A stretch of DNA of 32,000 nt from an uncultured bacterium (GCA_963699255.1 OY969425.1:510001-542000); one strand, 5' to 3'. Positions 18,878 to 26,250 are shown, counted from the first letter of the stretch. The notes: generated by a model from the sequence alone, not told the origin. Translations and numbers: made by a program.

Positions 18878-19970
18878 ATAGATCGATTCCCAGCGAGTTA
18901 GCGATGATGTTCACGAATTCATACGCCGCATCCGGTTTTCCGATGGTGGCGTTCGCGGCGCGCATCCTGTCATACAGCTCCCTGTCCTTTAATATTCGAT
19001 TAATTTCCCGCAGCAGTACCTCTTTGTTCAGGTCGCCGTCCTTAATAACGATAGATGCGCCAGCTTCTTTCAGGATGTTCGCGTTGCGATCCTGGTGACC
19101 CTCCGCGGAATACGGGAAAGGGATCAAGATCGAAGGGATCTGCCTCGCGATTATCTCTGATATCACAGTGGCTCCCGCACGGGACACAACGAGGTCGCTG
19201 GCCGCAAGGCCGTCCCATATGTTGTACATATATGGGAGCAGATGGTAGAACTGATGATCCTCTTTGACCGCCTCTTTTACCCAGCCATAATCCCTTTCTC
19301 CGCACACATGAATAAGCTGTACGTTCAATTTTGCAAGATCGGGAATGACATCGATAATGACCTTATTGATCGATCTGGCGCCCTGGCTTCCTCCAAGCAC
19401 AAGGATTATTTTCTGGTCCTGGTGAAGCCCCATGTTCTGGATGGCGATGCCCTTGACGGTTTTCGTTATTTCGCGCCTCACGGGCCCTCCGATGCAGTAT
19501 ACCTTTCTCCATCTGAAATATTTCCTCTGGGACTCAAAAGCGATGGTCACGCACGAAGCGAACCATTTGCATATCCTCGTTGAAAGTCCGGGGATCGCAT
19601 TCCCCTCGTGAAGGATGACGGGGATCCGTAGAAAAAAAGCCGCCATCACCACAGGCAGGCTAACGAACCCGCCCGTGGCGACGATGATGTCGGGATCGAA
19701 CGTCCTTAGGATCCTTAAAGAAGCAAAAAATCCGGCAACGGCAAAGAAAGGTGAGGTTATGGCCTTATATGATATTTTCCTAAGCATCCCTCTTGCCTTG
19801 ATGGTCACCAGAGAAAACCTTGCCTCCGGAACTATCTTTTCTTCTATGCCGCCTTCACTGCCGATAAAAAGCAGCTGGCTGTCCAGGAACCTGTCCTGTA
19901 TAGCTTCGGCGATCGCTATCGCGGGATATACGTGGCCTCCGGTCCCGCCGCCGACCATCACTACTTTCAT
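18843..19970 (-). CDS. murG: undecaprenyldiphospho-muramoylpentapeptide beta-N-acetylglucosaminyltransferase
   Basis: 375 aa. 'GGGTGGHVYPAIAIA' and the C-terminal 'SRAGATVISEI' are GT28 motifs. Confidence 0.9.
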   Translation of the reverse strand: MKVVMVGGGTGGHVYPAIAIAEAIQDRFLDSQLLFIGSEGGIEEKIVPEARFSLVTIKARGMLRKISYKAITSPFFAVAGFFASLRILRTFDPDIIVATGGFVSLPVVMAAFFLRIPVILHEGNAIPGLSTRICKWFASCVTIAFESQRKYFRWRKVYCIGGPVRREITKTVKGIAIQNMGLHQDQKIILVLGGSQGARSINKVIIDVIPDLAKLNVQLIHVCGERDYGWVKEAVKEDHQFYHLLPYMYNIWDGLAASDLVVSRAGATVISEIIARQIPSILIPFPYSAEGHQDRNANILKEAGASIVIKDGDLNKEVLLREINRILKDRELYDRMRAANATIGKPDAAYEFVNIIANSLGIDLYAKKRKKRANK

Positions 19971-19971
19971 T

Positions 19972-21090
19972 TTATACTTTTTCTCCTTCGATCCCCGGGC
20001 CCCGCTGCACAGGACGGAACCGGGAAATATTAAGCAATAATCCCACGCCGAAAAGCGTCGATATCAATGATGTGCCTCCGTAACTTATAAAAGGAAGCGG
20101 TATCCCGGTCGTTGGAAGGATGCCGACCACAACGCTCATATTAAGTATGGCTTGAAAACCTATCCATGAGACGATCCCTCCGCTTAGAAGCATGGAATAA
20201 GCGTCCGGAGCGCTTCTCGCTATCCTGATCCCTCTTACGATGAACAAAAAGAAAAGCAATATTATGCCAAGAGCGCCTATAAGCCCCATTTCCTCGCAAA
20301 ATATCGCAAAAATGAAATCCGTATAATTCTGCGGCAGATAAAAGAATTTCTGCTTGCTTCCGCCCAAACCCAGACCGAAGATCCCTCCGCTCCCAACGGC
20401 AATTAACGACTGAATGATGTGAAACCCGACCCCCCTTGGGTCCGACCAGGGGTTAAGGTACGCCAAAAGCCTTTTCATCCTGTACGCGCTCGTTAAGCTT
20501 ATGAACAACAACCCGGACAATGAAGCGACAATGACGGCAACAAAATGTCTGATCGGCGTGCCGGCAAGATAAAAGACAGCAAAAGCTATCATAGCGATTA
20601 TCAAGGCCGTTCCAAGGTCCGGCTCTTTTAATATAAGCAGGAAGGCAGCGAGCGTCGCCGCAAGAGAAGGCCAGACAGCCCGGGCAAGAGTTTTGCTCGA
20701 TAGCTCTTTGGCAAGGAATATGATCAAAGCGATCTTTGCCAGTTCCGCAGGCTGGAAAGTGAAAAGGCCGAAATAAACCCACCTTCTGGCTCCGCCCAGC
20801 CCGATACCCGCCCCCGGAATGAAAACGATCAGCAGAAGAAAAAGCGTGATCACGACGATATACGTCGCCCAGTCCTTCAAAACGCCGTAATCCATTTTGA
20901 AACCCGCGTATAAAGCCAGGAATCCGACAAGCAGCGCGGCAAAATGTCTCTTTAGATAATAAAAACTGTCACCTATCCTCATTGCCATTGTTGGGCTCGC
21001 GGAAAAAACCATAAGCATGCCGATCGACAGCAGTGCCGTGACGATAAATAAGAGAATATAGTCCGGATGAGATCTATATGTTTGCGACAA
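19972..21090 (-). CDS. ftsW: peptidoglycan glycosyltransferase FtsW (SEDS family)
   Basis: A polytopic SEDS protein (MVFSAS, PAELAKI, YLPQNYTDFIFA, GIPLPFISYGGTS). The track ORF starts at TTG 21186 but overlaps murD by 113 nt. I prefer TTG at 21090 (MSQTYRSHPDYILL...), with GAGGAAAGG 12 nt upstream. No in-frame ATG exists before TM1. Confidence 0.8.
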   Translation of the reverse strand: MSQTYRSHPDYILLFIVTALLSIGMLMVFSASPTMAMRIGDSFYYLKRHFAALLVGFLALYAGFKMDYGVLKDWATYIVVITLFLLLIVFIPGAGIGLGGARRWVYFGLFTFQPAELAKIALIIFLAKELSSKTLARAVWPSLAATLAAFLLILKEPDLGTALIIAMIAFAVFYLAGTPIRHFVAVIVASLSGLLFISLTSAYRMKRLLAYLNPWSDPRGVGFHIIQSLIAVGSGGIFGLGLGGSKQKFFYLPQNYTDFIFAIFCEEMGLIGALGIILLFFLFIVRGIRIARSAPDAYSMLLSGGIVSWIGFQAILNMSVVVGILPTTGIPLPFISYGGTSLISTLFGVGLLLNISRFRPVQRGPGIEGEKV

Positions 21091-22462
21091 TCTTTTTAAA
21101 AACCTTTCCTCTTTCTTCGAAATTCGAGAACATATCAAAACTCGCGCACGCGGGAGACAGCAGTACGGCGTCCCCGTGGCCGGCAAGCCTGTATGAGCGC
21201 TTTACCGCTTCACTAAAACTTTCCGCTTCATGTATCTTCCTGAATCCCGCCTTTCCCAGGCTCTGCCTGAACCTTTTTTTTGACTCTCCTATCAAGACAA
21301 CGTCTTTAACATGTTTTTTGACTTCTTCGCACATCTCGGTCAGGTCGGTCATCTTGTCCCTGCCGCCAAGGATAAGAACGATCTTATGGGCGGGATAAAG
21401 GGTCTTTATCGCCACGATCGTCGAATCGGGGTTCGTGCCTTTGGAATCATTGTAAAAAGAAACACCTCGTGTCGTTTTTACGAATTCTATCCTGTGCTCA
21501 ACGCCCTTAAAGTCCATTAGCGTCTCCCTGACGGACGCGGGAGATACTTTGCACAGCAGAGCCGCCGATACCGCGGCCAGAGCATTTTCTATGTTATGGT
21601 CGCCTTTGATCCGTATTTCATCTATTGCACATATCCTCTTGTTCCCGCAACAAATATAACCGCCTTTTACGGACACGCCGTCATTCAGGGGTTTTTCCCT
21701 GCTAAAAGCGATCTTTCTGCATTTTGCATACCTCGCTATTCCACTCACTCTTTTATCGTCAAAGTTATAGATAAAATAGTCGTTTGGGTCCTGACTCCTG
21801 AATATGGCCGTTTTCACCTTTGTATATTCTTCCATGGTTTTGTGCCTGGTCAGGTGATCTTCGGTGATATTCAAGATGATGCTTACCCAGGGTCTGAATT
21901 TCTGGACCGTTTCCAGCTGATAACTGCTGATCTCGGCAACAACAAAGTCAAGCTTTGAATCGTTCACGGATATCAAAGGGTAACCGATATTGCCGGCAAC
22001 GGCTATATTATAGCCGTAATCCCCCAAGAGTCGCCCTACCAACGCTGTGGTCGTTGTCTTTCCATTGGTCCCCGTGACGGCTATGATCGGTTTTTTAATG
22101 AAAGCACAGGCAAGCTCAATTTCGCCGATGATGGGGATGTTTCTTTTCCTTGCGGTTTTTAGTATCGGGATATCCAGGTGCACGCCCGGGCTGACCACTA
22201 TCAGATCGGTTTTCTCAAGAGCTTTTTCCGTATGACCGCCGAGTTCAAACCGGATGTTCAGTTCCTTTAATGATCTGAGGGCCTTTGGGGCGATCGATCT
22301 TTTCTCTTCCGTCAAGAAAACAAGATCTCTGCCCAGTTTTTCCGCTATTGCGACCCCGCTTTTTCCTGCGCCAAAGACAGTTATTTTCCTTATGTTCTTC
22401 CCCAGGTGGGGTAAATTAATCGCTGGATTTTTCACTTTATAAAACCGTGCTACACCATACAC
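21074..22462 (-). CDS. murD: UDP-N-acetylmuramoylalanine--D-glutamate ligase
   Basis: 462 aa with 'VFGAGKSGVA' and 'VTGTNGKTTTTAL'. GTG start at 22462. An alternative GTG at 22435 lies 1 nt after the mraY stop. Confidence 0.9.
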   Translation of the reverse strand: MYGVARFYKVKNPAINLPHLGKNIRKITVFGAGKSGVAIAEKLGRDLVFLTEEKRSIAPKALRSLKELNIRFELGGHTEKALEKTDLIVVSPGVHLDIPILKTARKRNIPIIGEIELACAFIKKPIIAVTGTNGKTTTTALVGRLLGDYGYNIAVAGNIGYPLISVNDSKLDFVVAEISSYQLETVQKFRPWVSIILNITEDHLTRHKTMEEYTKVKTAIFRSQDPNDYFIYNFDDKRVSGIARYAKCRKIAFSREKPLNDGVSVKGGYICCGNKRICAIDEIRIKGDHNIENALAAVSAALLCKVSPASVRETLMDFKGVEHRIEFVKTTRGVSFYNDSKGTNPDSTIVAIKTLYPAHKIVLILGGRDKMTDLTEMCEEVKKHVKDVVLIGESKKRFRQSLGKAGFRKIHEAESFSEAVKRSYRLAGHGDAVLLSPACASFDMFSNFEERGKVFKKIVANI

Positions 22463-23396
22463 CCGCTATCGCGAAAATCACTCCCAGTATCACAAATAAG
22501 GTCACAACAAGCGGCTCCGACATTCCGAGAAGCTCGAAATGGTGGTGAAGAGGGGTCATCCTGAAGATCCTCTTCTTGAACATCCTGAAGAAGGAGACCT
22601 GCGCCATTACCGAAAGAGCTTCTATTAGGAAAACCCCGCCTATAACGGCGAGAGCAAGTTCCTTATGAAGGATTATCGCGACTCCGGCAAGCAAAGCTCC
22701 CAGTCCGAGCGATCCCACATCCCCCATAAAGACCTCCGCGGGATAAATGTTGAACCGCAAGAACGCGATCGCGGCGCCGGCGGACGCGGCGCATATGATA
22801 CCGGGATCATTGCTTTGAATGCAGTATGATATTACCGCAAAAGCGGAAAAAGCTATGGCGAGAGTGCCCGCGGCCAGTCCATCCAGCCCGTCAGTCAGAT
22901 TGACCGCGTTAGCCGTTCCAACCACTATAAGGCACGTGAACGGGAAGTAAACCCATGGATTGTTGAAATAAATGAGCTTTAATATCCCCTCAACACTGTC
23001 GTTATGGCCTCTCCAGACAAGTATGGAAGCGAACAGGGCCGCGAACAAGAACTGCCAGAATAATTTCTGCCTGCCTGTTAAGCCTTCGTTCTGCCTTTTC
23101 TGTATCTTTATCAGATCGTCAACGAATCCAAGCGCGGCATATGCCAGAAAAAGCAGCACCAGGGCAAAATATTTCAAGTCTATGTCGATATTGATCAGGA
23201 TGACAACGAATAACAGGATCGTAACAATGATCGGGATCCCGCCCATGGTCGGCGTGCCGGCCTTCATAAGATGCGAAGATGGGCCTTCCTGACGGATATT
23301 CTGTCCTATCCTGAAGACCTTTAATACCCAGATCATCGGGATGCTTATAAGCCAGCAGGCGATCGCCGCAAAAAAGAAAGTTATTACCAAACTCAT
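22437..23396 (-). CDS. mraY: phospho-N-acetylmuramoyl-pentapeptide-transferase
   Basis: 319 aa with 'GTPTMGG', 'VDDLIK', 'NAVNLTDGLDGLA' and 'MGDVGSLGLG'. Confidence 0.95.
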   Translation of the reverse strand: MSLVITFFFAAIACWLISIPMIWVLKVFRIGQNIRQEGPSSHLMKAGTPTMGGIPIIVTILLFVVILINIDIDLKYFALVLLFLAYAALGFVDDLIKIQKRQNEGLTGRQKLFWQFLFAALFASILVWRGHNDSVEGILKLIYFNNPWVYFPFTCLIVVGTANAVNLTDGLDGLAAGTLAIAFSAFAVISYCIQSNDPGIICAASAGAAIAFLRFNIYPAEVFMGDVGSLGLGALLAGVAIILHKELALAVIGGVFLIEALSVMAQVSFFRMFKKRIFRMTPLHHHFELLGMSEPLVVTLFVILGVIFAIAGVWCSTVL

Positions 23397-23404
23397 AGGC
23401 TGAA

Positions 23405-23433
23405 ATTATAACAAAATAAAAAACCCCCGTCTA
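23405..23433 (-). promoter_or_regulatory. candidate sigma70-type promoter of mraY, placed for a near-leaderless transcript
   Basis: On the minus strand: TAGACG (23433-23428), a 17-nt spacer, a perfect TATAAT (23410-23405), then 8 nt (ttcagcct) to the mraY ATG at 23396. There is no Shine-Dalgarno sequence. Confidence 0.4.
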
Positions 23434-23451
23434 CCCTAAGATAGACGAGGG
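23413..23451 (-). terminator. Rho-independent terminator downstream of CDS 23475..24035
   Basis: The minus-strand RNA reads ccctcgtcta-tcttagg-tagacggggg (10-bp stem including one G-U) followed by ttttttatttt. Confidence 0.7.
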
Positions 23452-23474
23452 TTTAATAGATCAAAAGGCGTTAA

Positions 23475-24035
23475 TTAGAAATCAAAGTTTATGCCGAACG
23501 ATATTAATGTCGGAAGACCGATCCCGAGCCTGGTCCTGACATTGTCTCCTAATACCCACTCGGAACCCATTTCAGCGTTCAGAATGCCAAGCCCGACATA
23601 ACTCAAGCAGTTTACTCCGAGTTCCGTCCTTACCGCTGACGGAAGGTCCGCGTCGCTAATATTCGGGTTCTTTGTCTTCACCGATTTGACCGCCGCGTTG
23701 ATCTGATCCGGCGAGGGGTTTCCCTTGAACCAGGTCATGCCAAAGCCGATGCCTGAGATCAAGCCGTATTCATCCCTGGGATAGCCGTAATCGTCCTTGT
23801 CAACGAACCCGATGATAGGGCTGCCGCCCAATCCAAGTCCCAATGTGAAGTGCTTGCTTATCACAAGAGGTTTAGCCGTTTCCGGTGCCGGCTGCACTGG
23901 AGGCGGTGGCGGAGGCGTCACTTGCTCTACCGGTATAGGCCTCTCTGTCGTTGGGGCCGGCGCGCCCGCGAACGCTGATGCCTGAAATACGAACATAAGG
24001 ACCATTGCCATGAACACATACTTTGATGCTCTCAT
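23475..24035 (-). CDS. secreted / outer-membrane protein of unknown family (paralog of 2329..2904)
   Basis: The track gives 23475..24050. I prefer ATG at 24035 (MRASKYVFMAMVLMFVFQASAFA), with AAGGGGG 5 nt upstream. There is a Pro-rich linker (PPPPPPVQPAP). The core 'ISKHFTLGLGLGGSPIIGFVDKDDYGYPRDEYG' and the C-terminus 'LGIGLPTLISFGINFDF' are shared with the 2329..2904 product. Confidence 0.6.
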   Translation of the reverse strand: MRASKYVFMAMVLMFVFQASAFAGAPAPTTERPIPVEQVTPPPPPPVQPAPETAKPLVISKHFTLGLGLGGSPIIGFVDKDDYGYPRDEYGLISGIGFGMTWFKGNPSPDQINAAVKSVKTKNPNISDADLPSAVRTELGVNCLSYVGLGILNAEMGSEWVLGDNVRTRLGIGLPTLISFGINFDF

Positions 24036-24073
24036 TTTTACCCCCTTCATAAAATTTCGATCGACTGTTTGGA

Positions 24074-24101
24074 ATTATAAAACATTGAGGAAATTTGTCA
24101 A
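24074..24101 (-). promoter_or_regulatory. consensus sigma70-type promoter for CDS 23475..24035
   Basis: On the minus strand: TTGACA (24101-24096), a 16-nt spacer, TATAAT (24079-24074). It sits about 40 nt upstream of the ATG at 24035. Confidence 0.55.
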
Positions 24102-24231
24102 GGAGTTTTTCCCCTCGCCTTAATGTCAATTTGTCACAATGAGACCCCGACATAATGTCGGGGGACTCAGCGTCTGTTTATTAAAGGCGGATTCTGAGCG
24201 CCTTCGGCCTAAGAATGACCTGGAGGGATGC

Positions 24232-24270
24232 CAAAGAAAAACCCTTCGATCTCTCGAAGGGTTTTCTTTT
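24232..24270. terminator. Rho-independent (bidirectional-looking) terminator after OMP copy A
   Basis: cccttcga-tctc-tcgaaggg (24242-24261) is a perfect 8-bp stem, flanked by an A-run (24233-24241) and a T-run (24262-24270). It lies 35 nt downstream of the stop at 24296. Confidence 0.7.
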
Positions 24271-24295
24271 AAGGCCTTTATCAGGACCTCAAATA

Positions 24296-25048
24296 CTAGA
24301 ACATATACGCATAGCCAAGGGAGATGCCGGACACGTTGACCGTATTTTCTTCAAATTTCGGGAATCCACTCTTTGTTGCCCCCGTCCATGACTGATTCTC
24401 TAAATTATATTCAACAAGAATAGCCTGGTCAGCCGCAATAGCAATCGCGCATCCTAAATCGAAAGCCAAACTGGATCCTCCAATGGTGCCGTAATCCAGC
24501 CCTCCAGTCAGCTTTTTACTGCTGGCCTGCGAGAGTGATCTCACAAAAACACCACCGTACGGCACGCAGATCCCCATTTGTTTGCTGACAACATAACCAA
24601 GGGTCATTGTTGTCATGCTCATGCTTGCTGACCCGCCCGCATCAAGCTTTAAGCCTGCATCGGAAGATTCATATCCGAGCACGACTGCGGAATCCGCAGG
24701 CATATATACTGGAAGCGTATATTTGACGCCCAAACCTATCGAACTGCCTGATGACTGTTTTGCATCCACCCTCCCAAAATTTGGGAATGTATCTGAGAAA
24801 TAGGCTGCATTCACATCCAGGTTCTGCATTACCCCGTATTCGGCTCTCAAGCCAAGGCTGTTTGAATCAAAATCAGATGGCTCCGCATCGCTGAGATTCG
24901 CCGCATTACCCTGATGGTTTGTTGTATATATGCCAAGCACTGCCCATTTGCCTGCTCCAACGCTTTTCGCTGTCTGGAAGCTGACATCGGCAAAGCTTGC
25001 TGAGGCCACCAACAATAACGCAACTAAAGTCACTAATATTTTCTTCAT
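24296..25048 (-). CDS. beta-barrel outer-membrane protein, copy A (unknown family)
   Basis: 250 aa from ATG 25048. The track start at 25057 adds MKT, but the paralog and the AAGGA spacing support 25048. Signal peptide MKKILVTLVALLLVASASFA, alternating amphipathic strands, and C-terminal 'GISLGYAYMF'. Confidence 0.65.
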   Translation of the reverse strand: MKKILVTLVALLLVASASFADVSFQTAKSVGAGKWAVLGIYTTNHQGNAANLSDAEPSDFDSNSLGLRAEYGVMQNLDVNAAYFSDTFPNFGRVDAKQSSGSSIGLGVKYTLPVYMPADSAVVLGYESSDAGLKLDAGGSASMSMTTMTLGYVVSKQMGICVPYGGVFVRSLSQASSKKLTGGLDYGTIGGSSLAFDLGCAIAIAADQAILVEYNLENQSWTGATKSGFPKFEENTVNVSGISLGYAYMF

Positions 25049-25322
25049 AGTTTTCATCCTTATTTTCTTTCGAAAATCAGGATCTCTTTTTCAACTCCTT
25101 TCATTTATATTATATATGTGTGTTATAGTTTTTGCTATAATTGGCCTCAACGATCGCTCCCATAATAATGCTGAATGACACAATTATTATATCAGAAAAT
25201 CTTTGTCAGAGGGATATTTTCCCCTCCCCTAGCCCCTCTCTCGCCACAGGCTTGGAGAGGGAAAACAAAATCCCATAGTTCCCCTTCTTCTATAAATAGG
25301 AGAAGGGCTAGGAATGAGGTGC

Positions 25323-25361
25323 CAAAGAAAAACCCTTCGATCTCTCGAAGGGTTTTCTTTT
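25323..25361. terminator. Rho-independent terminator after OMP copy B (identical to 24232..24270)
   Basis: The same cccttcga-tctc-tcgaaggg hairpin at 25333-25352, with flanking A/T runs. Confidence 0.7.
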
Positions 25362-25386
25362 AAGGCCTTTATCAGGACCTCAAATA

Positions 25387-26139
25387 CTAGAACATATACA
25401 CATAGCCAAGAGAGATACCGGACACATTTACTGATGTTACATCAGTTTTATTATTCGGCGCTGGTGCATGCACCTTAGTGTCTGCAAACGCCTGATTCTC
25501 AGTATTATACTCAATGGCTATTGCCTGATTCGCTGCAATCCCTATCATGCAGCCGATATTGAACGCAAGCCCTGTACCGCTCGTTGGATCAACTTTAACT
25601 CCTTGCGATTTGCCCGGATCCTGTGAAAGCATCTTATAGGCAACAGCTCCGTAAGGCATAAAGTTGTTAATCTGTTTGCTGACGATGTAGCCAAGTGATA
25701 TCACCGTTGAGGCTACACTTGTACTTCCTCCAGCATCAAGCTTCAGGCCGATATTCCCTGATTCATACCCAAGGACAACTGCTGTATCAACATCCATGGC
25801 CTTGCCAAGTGAATACTTCACTCCAAGTCCCAGGGTATTTCCTGTCGTCTGCACTGCATCTAACTCTCTTATATTTGGTGTAAGATTATCAAATGAATAT
25901 GCAACAAGCAGATCCATGTCCTTCATAATGCCGTATTCGCCCCTAACGCCAACACTTGTGGAATCAAAATCTTGGGGATCCCCGGCATTACCGATATCGC
26001 CTTGATGATTTGTCGCATACATGCCAAGCACTGCGTATTTGCCCACTCCAACGCTGTTCGCTGTGAGGAAACTGACGCCCGCAAAGCTGGATGATGCAAC
26101 TAACAATAATGCAACTAAAGTTACTAATAATTTCTTCAT
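25387..26139 (-). CDS. beta-barrel outer-membrane protein, copy B (unknown family)
   Basis: 250 aa. Signal peptide MKKLLVTLVALLLVASSSFA, C-terminal 'GISLGYVYMF', and AAGGAGG 7 nt upstream of the ATG. Co-linear with copy A over its full length. Confidence 0.65.
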   Translation of the reverse strand: MKKLLVTLVALLLVASSSFAGVSFLTANSVGVGKYAVLGMYATNHQGDIGNAGDPQDFDSTSVGVRGEYGIMKDMDLLVAYSFDNLTPNIRELDAVQTTGNTLGLGVKYSLGKAMDVDTAVVLGYESGNIGLKLDAGGSTSVASTVISLGYIVSKQINNFMPYGAVAYKMLSQDPGKSQGVKVDPTSGTGLAFNIGCMIGIAANQAIAIEYNTENQAFADTKVHAPAPNNKTDVTSVNVSGISLGYVYMF

Positions 26140-26250
26140 AATTTTCCTCCTTATTTTCTCTCGAAAATCAGGATTTCTTTTTCACCTCCTTTCATTTTAA
26201 ATTGATTAATTCTTTCCATAATCGATCGAGATCAATTATAGTGCCACCCT

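Larger units (their letters stand above)
24229..26197. repeat. duplicated OMP cassette (24229..25106 and 25320..26197, offset 1091 nt) separated by a 213-nt unique spacer
   Basis: Each copy contains a terminator, the CDS and a ~58-nt 5' leader. The 3' 80 nt (24229-24308 vs 25320-25399) are identical. The leader and signal-peptide regions are highly similar, and the central CDS is much more diverged. Confidence 0.85.

Noticed and set aside
21091-21186. N-terminal 32-aa extension of FtsW (MPATGTPYCCLPRARVLICSRISKKEERFLKR) given by the ORF track.
   Set aside because: It would overlap murD by 113 nt. It is Cys/Arg/Pro-rich and unlike SEDS N-termini. A TTG at 21090 with an upstream GAGGAAAGG gives a normal N-terminus.
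23872-24153. 93-aa minus-strand ORF spanning the promoter region and the 5' part of CDS 23475..24035.
   Set aside because: It overlaps the paralog-supported frame out of phase, crosses the consensus promoter, and has a Gly/Ser/Ala-rich nonsense composition.
25182-25209. Candidate promoter for OMP copy A (CTGACA ... TATAAT/AATAAT).
   Set aside because: The spacer is 12 nt to TATAAT or 15 nt to AATAAT, neither of which is canonical. An alternative TATAAT at 25110-25115 lacks a -35. I could not decide, so no promoter feature is reported for the OMP genes.
24139-25363. Plus-strand small ORFs 24139..24339 (66 aa) and 25175..25363 (62 aa) in the OMP intergenic regions.
   Set aside because: Both read straight through the terminator hairpins and into the 3' ends of the OMP genes. 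They have no SD, and their similarity to each other is explained by the duplicated terminator DNA.
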